The notes beneath the pieces are model-generated. The model was not told the origin of the DNA, searched no databases, and saw only the letters and a list, made by a program, of their open reading frames with translations. Shown one piece after another: positions 23,472 through 37,744 of a DNA stretch of 64,000 nucleotides (positions are counted from its first letter, which is position 1; the number at the start of each line of letters is the position of its first letter). The translations under genes were made by a program, and so were the position numbers. The stretch covers positions 121,396,001-121,460,000 of the forward strand of contig NC_086104.1 in NCBI RefSeq assembly GCF_963921235.1. Reading direction: 5' to 3'. Source of the stretch: Mobula hypostoma. Taxonomy: Eukaryota.

Positions 23472-24316
23472 CTAAAGCCCCCACCACCTGATCCCGACAA
23501 CATCACAGGGTATCTCCTCGGCTCTCCCTCCAATGTGAGGCCAGCCTTCCTGTAGTGCAGTCAGCTGAAAACACAGTGATTGAAGTGCAGTCTGACCAGT
23601 ATCTTGTCGAGTTCTAACATAACATCCTAACTTTTACATTGCATACCCTGATCCCAGGGGTCTCTGTAATTGTATCCCACGGACTCTCTGTTCCACACCC
23701 CCAGTGCCCCATCATTAATTGTGGATGTTCTTCCTGAATTTGACTTGCCAGAATACATCACCTTGTCCTCATTTGTATTAAACTCCATCTGCCTCTCTCT
23801 GCCCAACTTTCCACCCGATCTGAATCCAAGCCAACCTTGTCAATTCTTATAGTTACCTCTTTAAAAAAACTTGTGGAGGGGAGGAATTCCCCTGTGCAAG
23901 GATGAGCTGAAAGGCCTGTATCTGTGCTGTATATTTCTGTGACATTCCAGGCCAACCTATTCCGGGTTGGAATTGACGGTTGTTTGTCTCCCAGGGGTCC
24001 AATGTATGGGGGGTGGGGGAGAAATGCTGGACCCCTGGGTGTACGTGCATCCCTGGGTCATCAATATAAACCCTGGCATAGGAGTCCTCGATATCAAAGA
24101 TCTTACTAAAGTGTATGTAGATAACATCTACCTCACTGCCCTTATCAATCCTTTTACCACCTTAAAAAAACTCAGGCAAATTAGATTGACAGGATGAGCT
24201 ACAAAGATGAGCTGAAGTGCCTGTATCTGGAAAATTCCGTGACTTTCCCAGCCAAAAGCCAGTCAGATCCATGGTTGTCCCTTGTAAATAGCACATCTCC
24301 CAGGATGTGCCATGTA

Positions 24317-25728
24317 CAATTTTCTCTCTAATTTTTAGTAGTCAGTGTGTGCAAAAATCTTACGTTGTGCAAATTTTTTTCCTGTGACAAAAGTATGTGT
24401 GCACTGAATGCACACATGGCATAGTTTATGTAGGTTTACTAAATATTTGACATAAAACGGCACAGAATAACAACAAAATCACATACGTATTTAAGTCACT
24501 CAGTTATTTTTTTCTCCCTCCTGTCTTTGGCATTTACCCATTCTTTGTAAATTCTATCAAGACTGATGGAAATTCTATCCAATTGATAGCTTTTGACTCT
24601 CATTAACATACCCAAATGACATTCCCTAAACGGTTTCTCAGCTTCTTTTTGAGTTGATTCATTAAGCTAAAACCTCGCCCACAGTCCGCGCTAGACGCAA
24701 GAAAGGTTCCCCCAGCATGTACCAACTGTGCAAGGTCACAAAACTGTTCATTTTGAAGTCCAAATGTCACCATTTGAGCAAAGTTTGAAATCAGTTTGGA
24801 TTTAATTTTTTCTTGCATGGAAAATTTGAAGTCATTAAACTGTCTAACTATTACAGTATTTTCAGCTGGTAAATCCCAATATTTTATACATAAGGCATTA
24901 ACTTGTTCATCGCTAAATGTGAAGTCACAATCAGCAATTGCAGAGAAATCAAAAGCTGACCATTCTTGTACCTCACCTTCAGGAAACCTGTCTTCTATAG
25001 AACACAAAGACAATTTATAGAAGTCAGCAGCGAACTTGTATCTACTGTGGCATTTTCTTCATGTTGTTCGCTTAGCAAAACTCTAACTTTGTCACCCCAC
25101 AAAACATTGTCCCCTAGATACTGCTTTCTTATCTTGTTAATTTTGCCTCTGTCTTTAAGAACTTTGATCTCCTCTGGGTTGGATGGTTTTTGCTCTCACT
25201 CATCTGTACTCAACCATAACACGCGTAGCACTCCTGTAACAGGTTGTTTCTCGTAGCTGAACGTTCATGACCTCATGAGCTTTCAGTGTAGCAATTTCTA
25301 CTATTAAGCCATTCAACTTTTAAAAAAAATTGCAGTTCTTTTGCACTTCACGCACTTCACCTCTTTTGAATTCGACATAGTGAAATAATTTTTTTTCAAT
25401 AAGAACTTAGTAAGCTATCTGCAGGATTTGAAACAGATCTTTGTAAGCTTTACGATATAAACACTGTCCGCCAAACATGGCTGCCAACGTGATGCAGCTG
25501 TACAAACCGGAACAGGAAAGGTGAGGTGACGTAAATTTGTGAGGTGCATTGTGGTATTTGAAAAAGCGACTAACTAGTTAACAGAAACAGTGAGCTAAAA
25601 GATTATTTTTAATAAGTATAGTTATTAATTACTACATTATTTTAGGTAACTAAACTTTTGTGTGCACATTAATTTCCTTTGTGCGCTGGTTGAAAAATGT
25701 GTGCGTGCACAGCTTAGAGGCAACATAG
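24317..25728 (-). mobile_element. hAT DNA transposon deletion derivative
   Basis: ORF 24603-25013 carries the hAT dimerisation motif SSADCGRGFSLMNQLK..LRNRL. Imperfect TIRs. 8-bp TSD gccatgta / gccatgtg. Confidence 0.85.
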
Positions 25729-27959
25729 GCCATGTGTAAGGGAATCTGCAGACCCCTGGGTGAGCATACACCTCTGTGTCAGCTCTGCAAACCCAGGGGT
25801 GGGATTTGCACACAGTCCGGGATCTCCTGGAAGTAATTCCTACCTCTTTCCCAAATCTGTGGGAATGACGAAGGTAGTTTTCTGGAATGTGAACAGAAGC
25901 TACTCCTGGTGTGAGAGGGATCAGAGTTATAAGTATGAATTTTAATATTTATGGTTATAAATTATTCTTGTATTTATGACAATACATTATTAAATTAAAG
26001 TATTCAGCCTGGACTGAATATTATTTTTTGATCACACATGCCCAAATGGAGAATAATCTTCTACAGCGAACTCTCTCGTGTGCCATTGTAATTTTGAGCA
26101 GAGTTTATGATTGATTACTTTGTAACAATAAATATGTACTTTTTCCTTAAAGGATGTCCCACTGTTTATTGACATGTATTCACTGTTTCACTATTAATAG
26201 AAGTATAACAGGCAGATTGCCATTGACAATTCTGTCCCGTCTCGAAATCAGAAGGATGTTGTCCCAATGCCGTTCGTGCACTGCTGCAGGTTTAGAATAA
26301 ATCAGAGTGCGGCGTAGCACCTTCCAGTTTCAGCAATTCTCGAAGTACAACAGGAGGAATGCATGAAGTGGCGGGCAGTGAACAAGGGGAGAGTAAAAGT
26401 AAAAGCGTGGTGAGGGAGCACCTACAACACAGGGAAGGAGTTTGATCAGTCAGCTCAATCACACGTGCACACACACACACTCTCTACTTTCTTACATTTA
26501 GACCATAATAGATAGGGACAGGATAAGGAACTCAACCCATTGAGTCTACTCTACCATTCCATCAAGGCAGAACACACCACCTTGTCCTCCTTTGTATTAA
26601 ACTCCATCTCCCTCTCTCTGCACAACTTTCCATCTGATCTGTATCCGAGCCAATCTTCCTCACTCTCCACAATACCATCAACTTGTCTTTGCCACAAACT
26701 GACCAATTATGTCTTCAACATTCACAACTCAGTTGTTATCATATCACACGAGTTACCCTTTGATACATCACAGAGTAACGGACATCAATCAGAACTGCAA
26801 CCTCCCAACTCTACCATCAACTTCTGATCACCAGCTAATGTTGGATCCAATTAACCAGCTTACCTTGGACCTCAAGAGCCTCTGGACCAGCTCTCCCTAT
26901 CAAAGGTCTAACCAAAGTGTATGTAGGTAACATCTACCTCACTGTTGTTGTCAATCCTTACAGTTACCTCCTTAAAAGATTTTGTGGGAGGGGTTGAATT
27001 CTCCTGTGCAAGGAGGAGCTGAAGGGCCTGTAAAGTTCTGTGACATTCCAGGTCAACCAATTACCGTTTGGAATTGATGGTCGTTAGTCTACCAGGCATC
27101 CAATGTATGGGGGAACTTCTGGACCCCTGGGTGCATGTGCGTCCCTGGGTCAGTTATGTAAAACCTGGCTTCCAGGCATTCAACTTCATATACTAAGAAT
27201 GGGCTTTTCACGCAATCCACAATCTCATAGGAGTAATTCCTGCCTTTCCACACATCTCTCAAAGGATTGGATGTGGGAATGACAAAGTCTGCTTCCTGGG
27301 ATGTGAACACCAACTATCCCTCCCTGCTGCGAGAGGGATCAGTGTTGTAAATATTTCTTGTAGTTATGGCAATATATTATTGTTATATTGAAGTGTTCGG
27401 CTCAGAGTGAGGGAGTGGGGGATGGAGATTGGAAATGTAATCCGGAAAAGATGGAAACATTCAGCAGGTCAGGCAGTATCTGTAGGAGCTCTTGTACGAG
27501 TCTTGTGACTTCGCGATCTTCCAATGAGCACATTGCGGCCCTGATTGTGTACCTGCACCCGATTTTCTCTGTAACTCTAACACTATTATGTATTCTGTTT
27601 CCCATTTGCACTGCCCTGATGAGCTGATGTAGACATGATCTTTCAGGACAGGACAGCACACAAATTAAAGCTCCTCACTGTTCCTCAGTACAAGTGAGAA
27701 TAATAAAGCAATTATCAAAATGCAGAAGTGGGTAAATTGTAAATTCTGTTTGTGGAACTGCGGGGGGGAGTGGGGGTGGAGGATGTCTCTGATGGGATAA
27801 AACCGGGGTAACCACAGGGAGAAGGTGCTGACAAGCTCACCGAGTGATTGGGAGCAGTTAGGGAGTGAGAACAGACAGGAGACCATACGTCACAGGTTTA
27901 CAAACACCTAATCTACAGACACCCTCATGCTGTTCAAATAAGTTTGCACATATCACCAA

Positions 27960-28990
27960 ATATGGTGAGGTAATGGGCAATGAAGGGTGTTATCTCACGT
28001 GATAGTGGGTTCCAGATGACTGGGAACTGAATCAAGGAACTGCAGATGGAGTTTAACTCAGGGAAGTGAAACACATGTTTGTGTAGGGGAATACTTTGCA
28101 TCTAGTGATCACAATGCCATTAATTTCAAGGTATTTATGGAAAAGGATAAGTCTGGTCCTGGGGATGACATTCCAAATTGGAGAAAGGGTGATTTAGATG
28201 TACAATATCAGAAAGATCTAGCAAGTGTGGATTTGGATAAGGTATTTTCTGGCAAAGGTAACATGGTAAGGGGGAGGCCTTCAAATCTGAAATTTTCAGA
28301 GGACAAAGCTTGTATTTGCTAGTCAGAATAAAAGGCAAGATGAACAGGTTTCTGGAACCTTGCTTTGAGAGAGATTGCTGTCCTGGTTAAGGAAAAAAGG
28401 AGGTGCATCGCAGATAGGAACAAATGAGGTAGTTGAGTTGGAGGAATGCAGAACACTAAAGAAAGAAATCAGGAGGGCTAAAAGAAGGCATGAGCTTGGA
28501 ATAACAGACAAGGTGAAGGAGCAAAATGATTGCAAGGCAGAAAATTTGCCCTCTGGAAGATCAGAATGTTCATCAAGGCTTGGAGCCAAAAGAAAGAGGG
28601 GAGATCTTAACTGGACGTTTTGCATATGAATTCAGTCAGGAGATCGACAGAGTCGATGGGAGAGAGGTGGTGGATTCTGTGCACGTTACAGAGCAGGAGG
28701 TGCTTGTTGTCCTGAGGCAAGTCAGGGTGGACAGATCCCCAGGGCCTGACAAGGTGTCCCTTTGAAAAGCAGGTGCAAAAATTGCAGGGGCCCTAGCAGA
28801 GATATTTAGAGCAAGTGAGGTAGCCGGTGATTGGAGAATAGCTAATGTTGCTCTGCTGTTTCAGGAAGACTCTGTGAATAATCCAGGAAATTATAGGCCA
28901 GTGAGTCTGACATTAATGGTGGACAAGTTATGATAAGGTATTATCGGGACTGGATGATTGAGTATTTGGATTGACATGGACAGATTAGGG
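27960..28990 (+). mobile_element. Heavily decayed CR1 ORF2 fragments
   Basis: Remnants such as LKKEIRRAKRRHE, RSPGPDKV and 'aattataggccagtgagtctgac'. Confidence 0.7.
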
Positions 28991-31900
28991 ACAGTCAACA
29001 AAGAGGGATATAACCAGGAAAAAGGAGCAAAATGGTGAGGTAGACCATGGGTTCATAGACCATTCAGAAATCTGATGGTAAACTGGAAGTTGTACTAAAA
29101 AGGTATTGTTTAAATTTTTATTTAGATATAAAGCACAGTGACAGGCCCTTCCAACTGGACAAACCTGCACTGTGCGTTACTCCGTACAAATCTGTCCCTT
29201 TTGGAATGTGGGAGGAAACTAGAAACCTGAGCACCCGTCGGATCCCATGCGGTGACAGGGAGAACATACATCTCCTTAAGAGACGGTGGTGGGAATCGAA
29301 CCTGGGTCGCTGGCTCTGTAATAGTGACCTGCTACCCGTTATGCTACTGTGCTGTCCATGATGAGTGAGTGTCCTCAGTCTCCGGTACCTCCTCCCTCAC
29401 AGCAGTAATGAGAAGAGGGTGTGGTGAGCAAAGCGACTTAGACCATAAGACAGAGGAACCAATTTGGTCATTCGGTCCATCACGTCTGTTCCGCCATTTG
29501 ACGGTGGTTGATCCATTTCCCTCTCAACTCCATTTACTTGCCTTCTTCCCATAATCTTTCATGCCCTGACTCATCAATAAACTATGAACCTCCGCCTTAA
29601 ATACACCCCGGCCTCTACAGCCACATGCAGCAATAAATTTCACGGATTCATCACGCCATGGCTAAAGAAATTCCTCCAGACCTCCTTTAAAAATGAGCAG
29701 CTAAGGATGTGTACTCTGGTCCCAGACTCCCTCACTGCAGGAACCATCCTCTCCACATCCACTCTATCTGGGCCTTTCAACATTCGATAGAACTCAATGA
29801 GATCCCCCCTCATTCTTTTGAATTCCATTGAGTACATGACCAGAGCCGTCAAATGCTCCTCCTAAGATAGGCCTTTACTTACGGGGATAATTATCATGAT
29901 CCATCTCCAATGTCAGCACATCTCAGATTTTTGAATTCTCTCCCCATTTAGAAAATAGTAATTTCTTTGCCCATTCTGTGAATCAGTGCAGGTCTTCTGC
30001 AGTCACCCTGCTTCCTCAATTCTATCTGCCCCTCCACCCATCTGTATATCATTCGCAAACTAGGGCACAAAATCACCAATTCCATCATCCAAATTATTTA
30101 CCAGCCAGAGACTCTGGTTTCTAGACTTAGAACAGTACAGCATAGGAATAGGCACTTTGGCCCAAAATACTTCAGATTGATTGAACCAGTAATGAAACCC
30201 ATAACTGAACGGATCTCTCCTGACTGCACATGGTCCAAATCCCTCCATTCTCTGCACAATCACATCAGTTTCTAAGAAGTTCCTGAATATCTTAATCATA
30301 TCAGAAATCAGAATTGGTTTATTGTGTCATGTGTACCGAGAGAGTGAAAAGCTTGTCTTGCACACTGTTCATACAGATCAGATCACTACACAATAGAACA
30401 AGGTAAAATAATGACAGGAAGCAGAAATAAGTGTAGCAGCGACAGTGAGAGTGCAGTGCAGGTGAACGATAAAGTGCAGGATCATAATGAGACCCAGACA
30501 ATCTACTGCACCGAGGAACCACACAACAGTCTGAGAAGAGAAGGGCAGAAGCTGACTTTGAGTCTGGTGGTACGTCTGTCAGATTTCTGTGTCTCTGACT
30601 TATGGGAGGGGATGGAAAGAGACTGTCTGGGGTGGCTGGAATCTTTAACACAAGTGATTCAGCAGATACTGGAAATCCAGAGCAATTCTCACAGAATGCC
30701 AAAGGAAGTCAGCAAGTCAGGCGTCATATGTAAATCATTAAACCGTCGAAGTTTCGGTACTTCCACAGGACTGAAAGGGAAGAGGAAAGAACTAAATGGT
30801 CGGGGCGTGGGGGGGGGCGGGAGGGAGAGGAGATCTAGACAGAGGTGAGGGGTGAAGGCCGGTGTTTGGGAAAGGGAAAGGGCTGGGGAAGAGGGAATCT
30901 GTTGTGAATGGAGAATGGATCATGGGAGAAAGGGAAGAAAGGCACGTGGGTGAGGTGGGGGACAGATCAGGTGAAGAGGTAGAGATCAGAGTGGGGAATA
31001 GAGGAATCTGTCGTTTGTCTGTACAGCTGTCGAGCAGCCAGCATAATCAGTCCATGGATGGGAGGATGGTTTCTGTGATATGTCGAGCTGTGTCTACAGA
31101 TTACTACAGTTTCATCTGATCCTGTACAGAGCATCTGCCGTACCAAATGTGAAGGGTACGTACAGGATGTTTTCAGTGATGTCTTAATAGATTGGTAAGG
31201 GTCAACAGAGTAATTTATTTTGCCTCCTGAGGAAGTAAAGGTTCCCACCAGCACCACAACTTGGTTCATTGCTAAGTGCAGTCTTTGTAGTCCCATATGG
31301 CAGGTGTTCTTTGTCTTCATACTTCATGGCTCATGGGCAGGTTGGCCCAGAAATAATGCTGTGGGGCGTCTACGCGCAGTGAGATCTCACTATCAGCAGA
31401 GGACGGGAGGGTCAGCCTTATCCCACTCAACAGAAATCAGGACCCATCCAACCCTGAGCATTCTCTCCTCTCCCACCTCCTGTCAGGCAGAATATACAAA
31501 CATTTGAAATTCATCCGACCAGACTCAAGGACAACGCCTGTCCCACCAGGACCAAACCTCTCGGACCCAAGAAGATGAACTCGTGATCTGTGTCTTGGTA
31601 CATGTGACAATTGGAAGCCTCTGGAAACAGGCAGCAGACACAAGGTGCTTATTAAATGGCAAGGAGGGGTGGTATCTCTGATGGGGCAAAAACAGGGTGC
31701 CCATGGGGAGAAGATGCAGATGGGGTCACCAAGTGAATGGGAGCAGGTAGAGAGTGAGAACAGAGCCCCAGATTTACAAAACCCAGAAAGTCATAACGTA
31801 ATTAAATCCAAAAGTCTGATGTCAAGCTAATTATTGTTGTCTCTCAGATTGTCACAGCAGCCACACCTCAGGTATAAATGTCACCAAAATAGCTTTTCCC

Positions 31901-32299
31901 AGCTGCAATACAGTACAGTAAGTTTGCATTCAGCAAGTTAACTACAGTTGTTGGTTACTGTAAATAAGGAATCAGCCAATCATGTATCAGCAACTCAATG
32001 CATAAAGTTCTGCAGACTCAAGAGTTTGAGATGTTGTTCAGACCAGACATCAGAATGGGGAAGAACAAAGTGGCAGCTGTGTGTAGTTTGCATGCTCGCA
32101 TTTAAACAAAATAAACACAACAGCTATTATATACAATTTCTTGTTAATTTTAAATACACAAGTTCTTCAGAGCAACACTGACAAAAATGCTGGGCAAATC
32201 AACAAGACAGGCAACATCAATGGAGGGAATAAACAGTCAACATTGAAGGTTTCACCCGGGATCCTTCATCAGGATATTAATTTTAGTTTGTAAACTTTG

Positions 32300-33540
32300 G
32301 AAACCCGACCTTCCAAACAGCAGGGAGTCTGCAAAAGGACTTGGACAGATTGGGAGAATGGGCAAAGAAGTGACAGATGGAATTTAGTGCATGGAGATGC
32401 ATTTCCATGGACTTTGGAAGAAGGATAAAGATGTAGACTATTTACTAAACAGGGAGAAAATTTAAAAATCAGGAACCAAGGGGCTTAGGAGATCATGCAG
32501 GATTCCCTGAAGATTGCTTCTGTGTGTTGGAAGGCAAATGCAATGTTAGCATTCATTTTTGGGAGGACTAGAATATAACAGCAAGGCTGTAATGCTGAGA
32601 ATTTATAAGGCATTGGTCAGACTGGGGTATTGTGAGCAGTTTTGGGCCTCTTATCAAAGAAAAGATTAGCTGCCATTGAAAAGGTTCAGAAGAGGGTCAC
32701 GATAATGAATTTGTGAACTAATGGGTTAAAGAATGAGGGGCATTGAATGGTTATGGTCCTGGACTTGCTGGAGTTTAGAGGAATGGAGGAGGGAGGGGAG
32801 GAATATTGAAAGGCCTACACAAGAGGGCACAGCCTCAGAAGAGAAGGGCATCCATTTGAAACAGAACTGAGAAGGGATTTCTTTAGCCAGAATCTGTGGA
32901 ATTCACTGCCATGGGTGGCTGTGGATGCCAGGTCATTGCGTATGCCTAAAGCAGAGGTTGATGCCTTCTTGGTTCAGGCATCAAAGGTTACAAGAGAAGG
33001 TGGGAGAATGGGTTCAGAGGGATAACAAATCAGCCATGATGAAACAGTGGAGCAGACACGATGGGCCAAGAGGCCTAACACGCTCCTATGCCTTATGGGA
33101 TCCAGGAGGAGACAGTGGGCTGGATTTAGAACGGCTCAGTGGTAGGAAGCAGTGTGTGATGGTCAAGGGTTGCTTGTCGAACTGGGGGCCTGTGTCCAGT
33201 GGAATTCCACGGGGTTAGTGCTGGGTCCTTTGCTGTCTCTAAGTCATATAAATGATTTGGATGTGAAATAGGACACAAGTGATAGGAACTTTGCAGACGA
33301 CAGTGAAACAGGTACTGTTTTGGGAGATCAGACAAGGGTTGAACTTGTACAATGAATGGTAGGGTCCCTGGGGAGTGCAATGGAATAGAGGGACCTCCAA
33401 GTACGAGTAGAGTTCACTGAGAGCGGAGTCACACGTAGACAGGGTGGGAAGGAAGAGCTTGGCTCGCTGCTCTCCATTAGCCAGGGCGCTGAGTACAGGA
33501 GTTGGGGTTGTAATGCAGTTTACATATGACGTTGGTGAGG
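32300..33540 (+). mobile_element. Decayed CR1 RT and 3' fragments
   Basis: CR1-type 'gacttggacagattgggagaatgggc' and 'ccacggggttagtgctgggtcc' segments. Confidence 0.6.
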
Positions 33541-34380
33541 ACTCGGTTACAGTCCTGTTTTGGTTTTGTTTTGCAGTTTTGGTTCCTCTTTTCGGACAAA
33601 TGACTCTTCCCCAATGGAGGGGGTGAAGAAAACTCCCCATAGGGGCGGTGAGAAAGGAGACGCGCGAACTGTCAACAACGCCTTGTTCTGCATTATTATT
33701 TAGAGATCTTAAGCCTTTGCATTTCACCTTTATAAAGAAACCTGATTCTGATCCGCAGGCAACAGGCAAAACCCTGCGCCTCATACTGTCTCAGCTCCGG
33801 GGTAATTCACCCCTGGGTCCCGCCTTCCTGAGGGTGATTCTACCCCTGATTCTGTCCACTCGTAATGCCGGCCTGGCCTGACCCAAGCCCACCTCCCGCT
33901 GCTCGCCACTGATCGTACGGTTCCCGAGTTCCTCTGTCGGAATGTTTCCACAAACCCAACTCCTCCGATTCTGGGGCATGTACCTGTAGTGGGATGATAC
34001 TGTGCACTCGTCCCGCTTGATCGCAGCTAATGTCCGGGGACGGGTTTGGATCCAGCCGCTTCTTCCCTCGGCCGGGAGACATTTTCCGCAGTTCCTGTTC
34101 CAACGCAGAGGGAGAGACCGCTGTAATTCCGAGATGGGACAGCGGGCGGAGCAAGATCAAAACCCCAGCTCCGCAGGCGGACGGGACTCGTCACAGGAGG
34201 ACCCTCACTGGGGTCGAGTCCGTGTCGGTGTCTCTGTCTCCGTCTCCGTCTCCCATCTCCATACGTAACCCTAACTGGGGAACGAGTCTGTCTCTCACAC
34301 AGAGCAATTGTCCCCCACCCACTCCTCCCGCTACCCTACATCTTGAATCACTGGAAGTGTCCGACCCAGAACGGGCATTC

Positions 34381-37300
34381 CATACAACCATAGAACATTA
34401 CAGCACATAAACAGGCTTTTTGGTCCTTCTTGGCTACGCCGAACTATTTTTCTGCCTAGTCCCACTGACCTGCACCTGGACCATATCCCCCCATACACCT
34501 CTCGTCCATGTACCTGTCCAAGTTTTTCTGAAATGTTAAAAGTGATCCCGTATTTACCACTTCATCTGGCAGCTCATTCCATACTCCCACCACTCTCTGT
34601 GTGAAGAAGCCGCCCCCCCATGTTCCCTTTAAACTTTTCCCCCTTCACCCTTAACCGATTTCCTCTGTTTTTTCCTCCCCTAGCCTCAGTGGAAAAAGCC
34701 TGCTTGCATTCACTCTATCTATACTCATCATAATTTTATATACCTCTATCAAATTTCCCCTCAAGTTTCTCAAGTCCCGGCAACATCCTTGTAAACCTCC
34801 TCTGTACTCTTTCAACCTTATTAATATCCTTCCTGTAATTTGGTGACCAAAACTGAACACAATACTCGAGGTTTGGCCTTACCAATGCCTTATACAACCT
34901 TATCATAACGTAACATTCCAACTCTTATACTCAATACCTTGATTAATAAAGGCCAATGTACCAAAAGCTCTCTTTAGGACTCTGTATTCCCAGATCCCTC
35001 TGTTCTACTGCACTCCTCAGTGCCCTACCATTTACCTTGTATGTTCTACCTTGGTTTGTCCTTCCAAAGTGCAATACCTCACACTTTTCTGTATTAAACT
35101 CCATCTCCCATGTTTCAGTCCATTTTCCAGCTGGTCGAAATCCCTCTGCAAACTTTTAAAACCTTCCTCACTGTCCACTACACCACCAATCTTTCTATCA
35201 TCAGCGAATATGCTGATCCAATTTACCAATCATCCACATCATTGAGATAGATGACAAATAACAATGGACCCAGCACTGATCCCTGTGGCACACCACGAGT
35301 TACAGGCCTCCACTCAGAGAAACAATCCTCCACTACCACTCTCTGTCTTAATCCATTGAGCCAATGTCTAATCCAATTTACTACCTCTCCATGTATACCC
35401 AGTGACTGAATCTTCCTAACTAACATCCCATGCGGGACCTTGTCAAAGGCCTTACTGAAGTCCATATAGACAACATCCACTGCCTTCCCTTCATCCACTT
35501 TCCTAGTAACCTCCTTGAAAAACTCCAATAGATTGGTTAAACATGGCCTACCATGCACAAAGCCATGTTGACTCTCCCTAATAAGTCCCTGTCTATCCAA
35601 CTACTTGTAGATCTTATCTCTTAGTACTCCTTCCAATAATTTACCTACTACCGACGTCAAACTTACTGATGTATAATTTCCCAGATTACTTTTAGAGCCT
35701 TTTCTAAATAACGGAAGAACATGAGCTATCCTCCAATCCTTCGGCACCTCACCCGTAGATACCGATATTTTAAATATATCTGCCAGGGCTCCTGCAATTT
35801 CAACACTAGTCTCCTTCAAGGTCCGAAGGAATACCCTGTCAAGTCCTGGGGATTTATTTACTCTGATTTGCCACAAGATAGCAAGCACTTCCTCCTCCTC
35901 AATCTGTATTGGTTCCATGACCTCACTACCTGTTTGCCCTATTTCCATTGACTCCATGCCAGTTTCCTTAGTAAATGCAGACACAAAAAACCCATTTAAG
36001 ATCTCCCCCATTTCTTTTGGTTCCATAGATAGCCGACCACTCTGATCATCAAGAGGACAAACTTTATCCCTTACTATCCTTTTGCTCTTAATATACCTGT
36101 AGAAGCTCTTTGGATTATTCTTCACCTTGACTGCCAAAGCAACCTTATGTCTTCTTTTAGCCCTCCTGATTTCTTTCTTAAGTTTTTTATTGCACTTTTT
36201 ATACTCCTCAAGCACCTTATTTACTCCCTGTTTTCTATACATGCCATACATCGTTCTCTTCTTCTTTATCAGAGCTCCAATATCACTTGAGAACCAAGGT
36301 TCCTTATTCTTATTCACTTTGCCTTTAATCCTGACAGGAACATACAAACTCTGCACTCTCAAAATTTCTCCTTTGAAGGCCTCCCACTTACCAATCACAT
36401 CCTTGGCAGAGAACAACCTGTCCCAATCCACGCTTTTTAGATCCTTTCTCATTTCTTCAAACTTGGCCCTTTTCCAGTTTAGAACCTCAACCCGAGGCCC
36501 AGATCTACCTTTATCCATGATCAAGTTGAAACTAATGGTGAAACTAATTGATCATTGGAACCAAAGTGTTCCCCTACACACACTTCTGTCACCTGTCCTA
36601 AATCATTTCCAAATAGGAGATCTAATATTGTATCCTCTCTAGCTGGTACCTTTACATATTGATTTAGAAAACTTTCCTGAACAGATTTTACAAACTCTAA
36701 CCCATCTAGACCTTTAACAGTATGGGAATCCCAATCAATATGTGGAAAATTAAAATCCCCTACTATCACAACTTTATGTTTCCTGCAGTTGTCTGCTATC
36801 TCTCTGCAGATTTGCTCCTCCAATTCTCGTTGACTATTGGGTGGTCTATAATACAACCCCATTAATGTGGTCATACCTTTCCTGTTTCTCAACTCCACCC
36901 ATATGGCCTCGGTAGACAAGCTCTCTAATCTGTTCTGCCTGAGCACTGCTGTAACATTTTCCCTGACTAGCAATGCCACCCCCCACCCCTCATTCCTCTG
37001 CCTCTCTCACGTCTGAAACTTCGGAATTCTGGAACATTAAGCTGCCAGTCCTGCCCCTCCTGAAGCCAAGTTTCACTAATGGCTATAATGTCGTAATTCC
37101 ATGTGTCAATCCATGCCCTCAGCTCATCAGCCTTCCCCACCATACTCCTTGCATTGAAATAGACACTCCTCAGAAGATTATTACCACCAGACACAACCCT
37201 TCTCTTTGTGACTTTGCATGAATTTTTAACGTCATTTATATTCACCCCCACTCCATTATTTGCTCTGGCACTCTGGTTCCCATTCCCCTGCAAATCTAGT

Positions 37301-37700
37301 TTAAACCTACCCCAAAAGCAGTAACAAACCTCCCTGCAAGGATATTGGTCCCCTTGTAGTTCAGGTGTAACCCGTCTCTCTTGTACAGGTCCCACCTGCC
37401 CCAGAAGAGGTCCCAATGATCCTGAAATCTGAAACCCTGCCACCTACACCAGTTCCTCAGCCACGTGTTCATCTGCCAGAGCATCCTATTCTTACCCTCA
37501 CTGGCAGGTGGCACAGGTAGCAATCCTGAGATTACCACCCTCGAGGTCCTGCTTTTCAACTTCCTACCAAGCTCTCTATACTCACTCTTCAGGACCTCCT
37601 CACTCTTTCTTCTTATGTCATTGGTACCGATGTGTACCATGACATCTGGCTGATCACCCTCCCACTTCAAAATGCTGTGCACATGATCAGAGACATCCGA
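34381..37700 (-). mobile_element. CR1 LINE, 5'-truncated and internally deleted (ORF1 SGNH esterase, EN, RT, 3' tail)
   Basis: ORF1 VMVHIGTND..VVISGLLPV. EN VYFNARS and GDFNF. RT VYMDFSKAFDKVPH and GVPQGSVLGP. 3' microsatellite tail near 34381. Confidence 0.92.
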
Positions 37701-37744
37701 TCTGCCTCCACACCCACTGCCGTTCCCACTCACATTCTTTAAGA

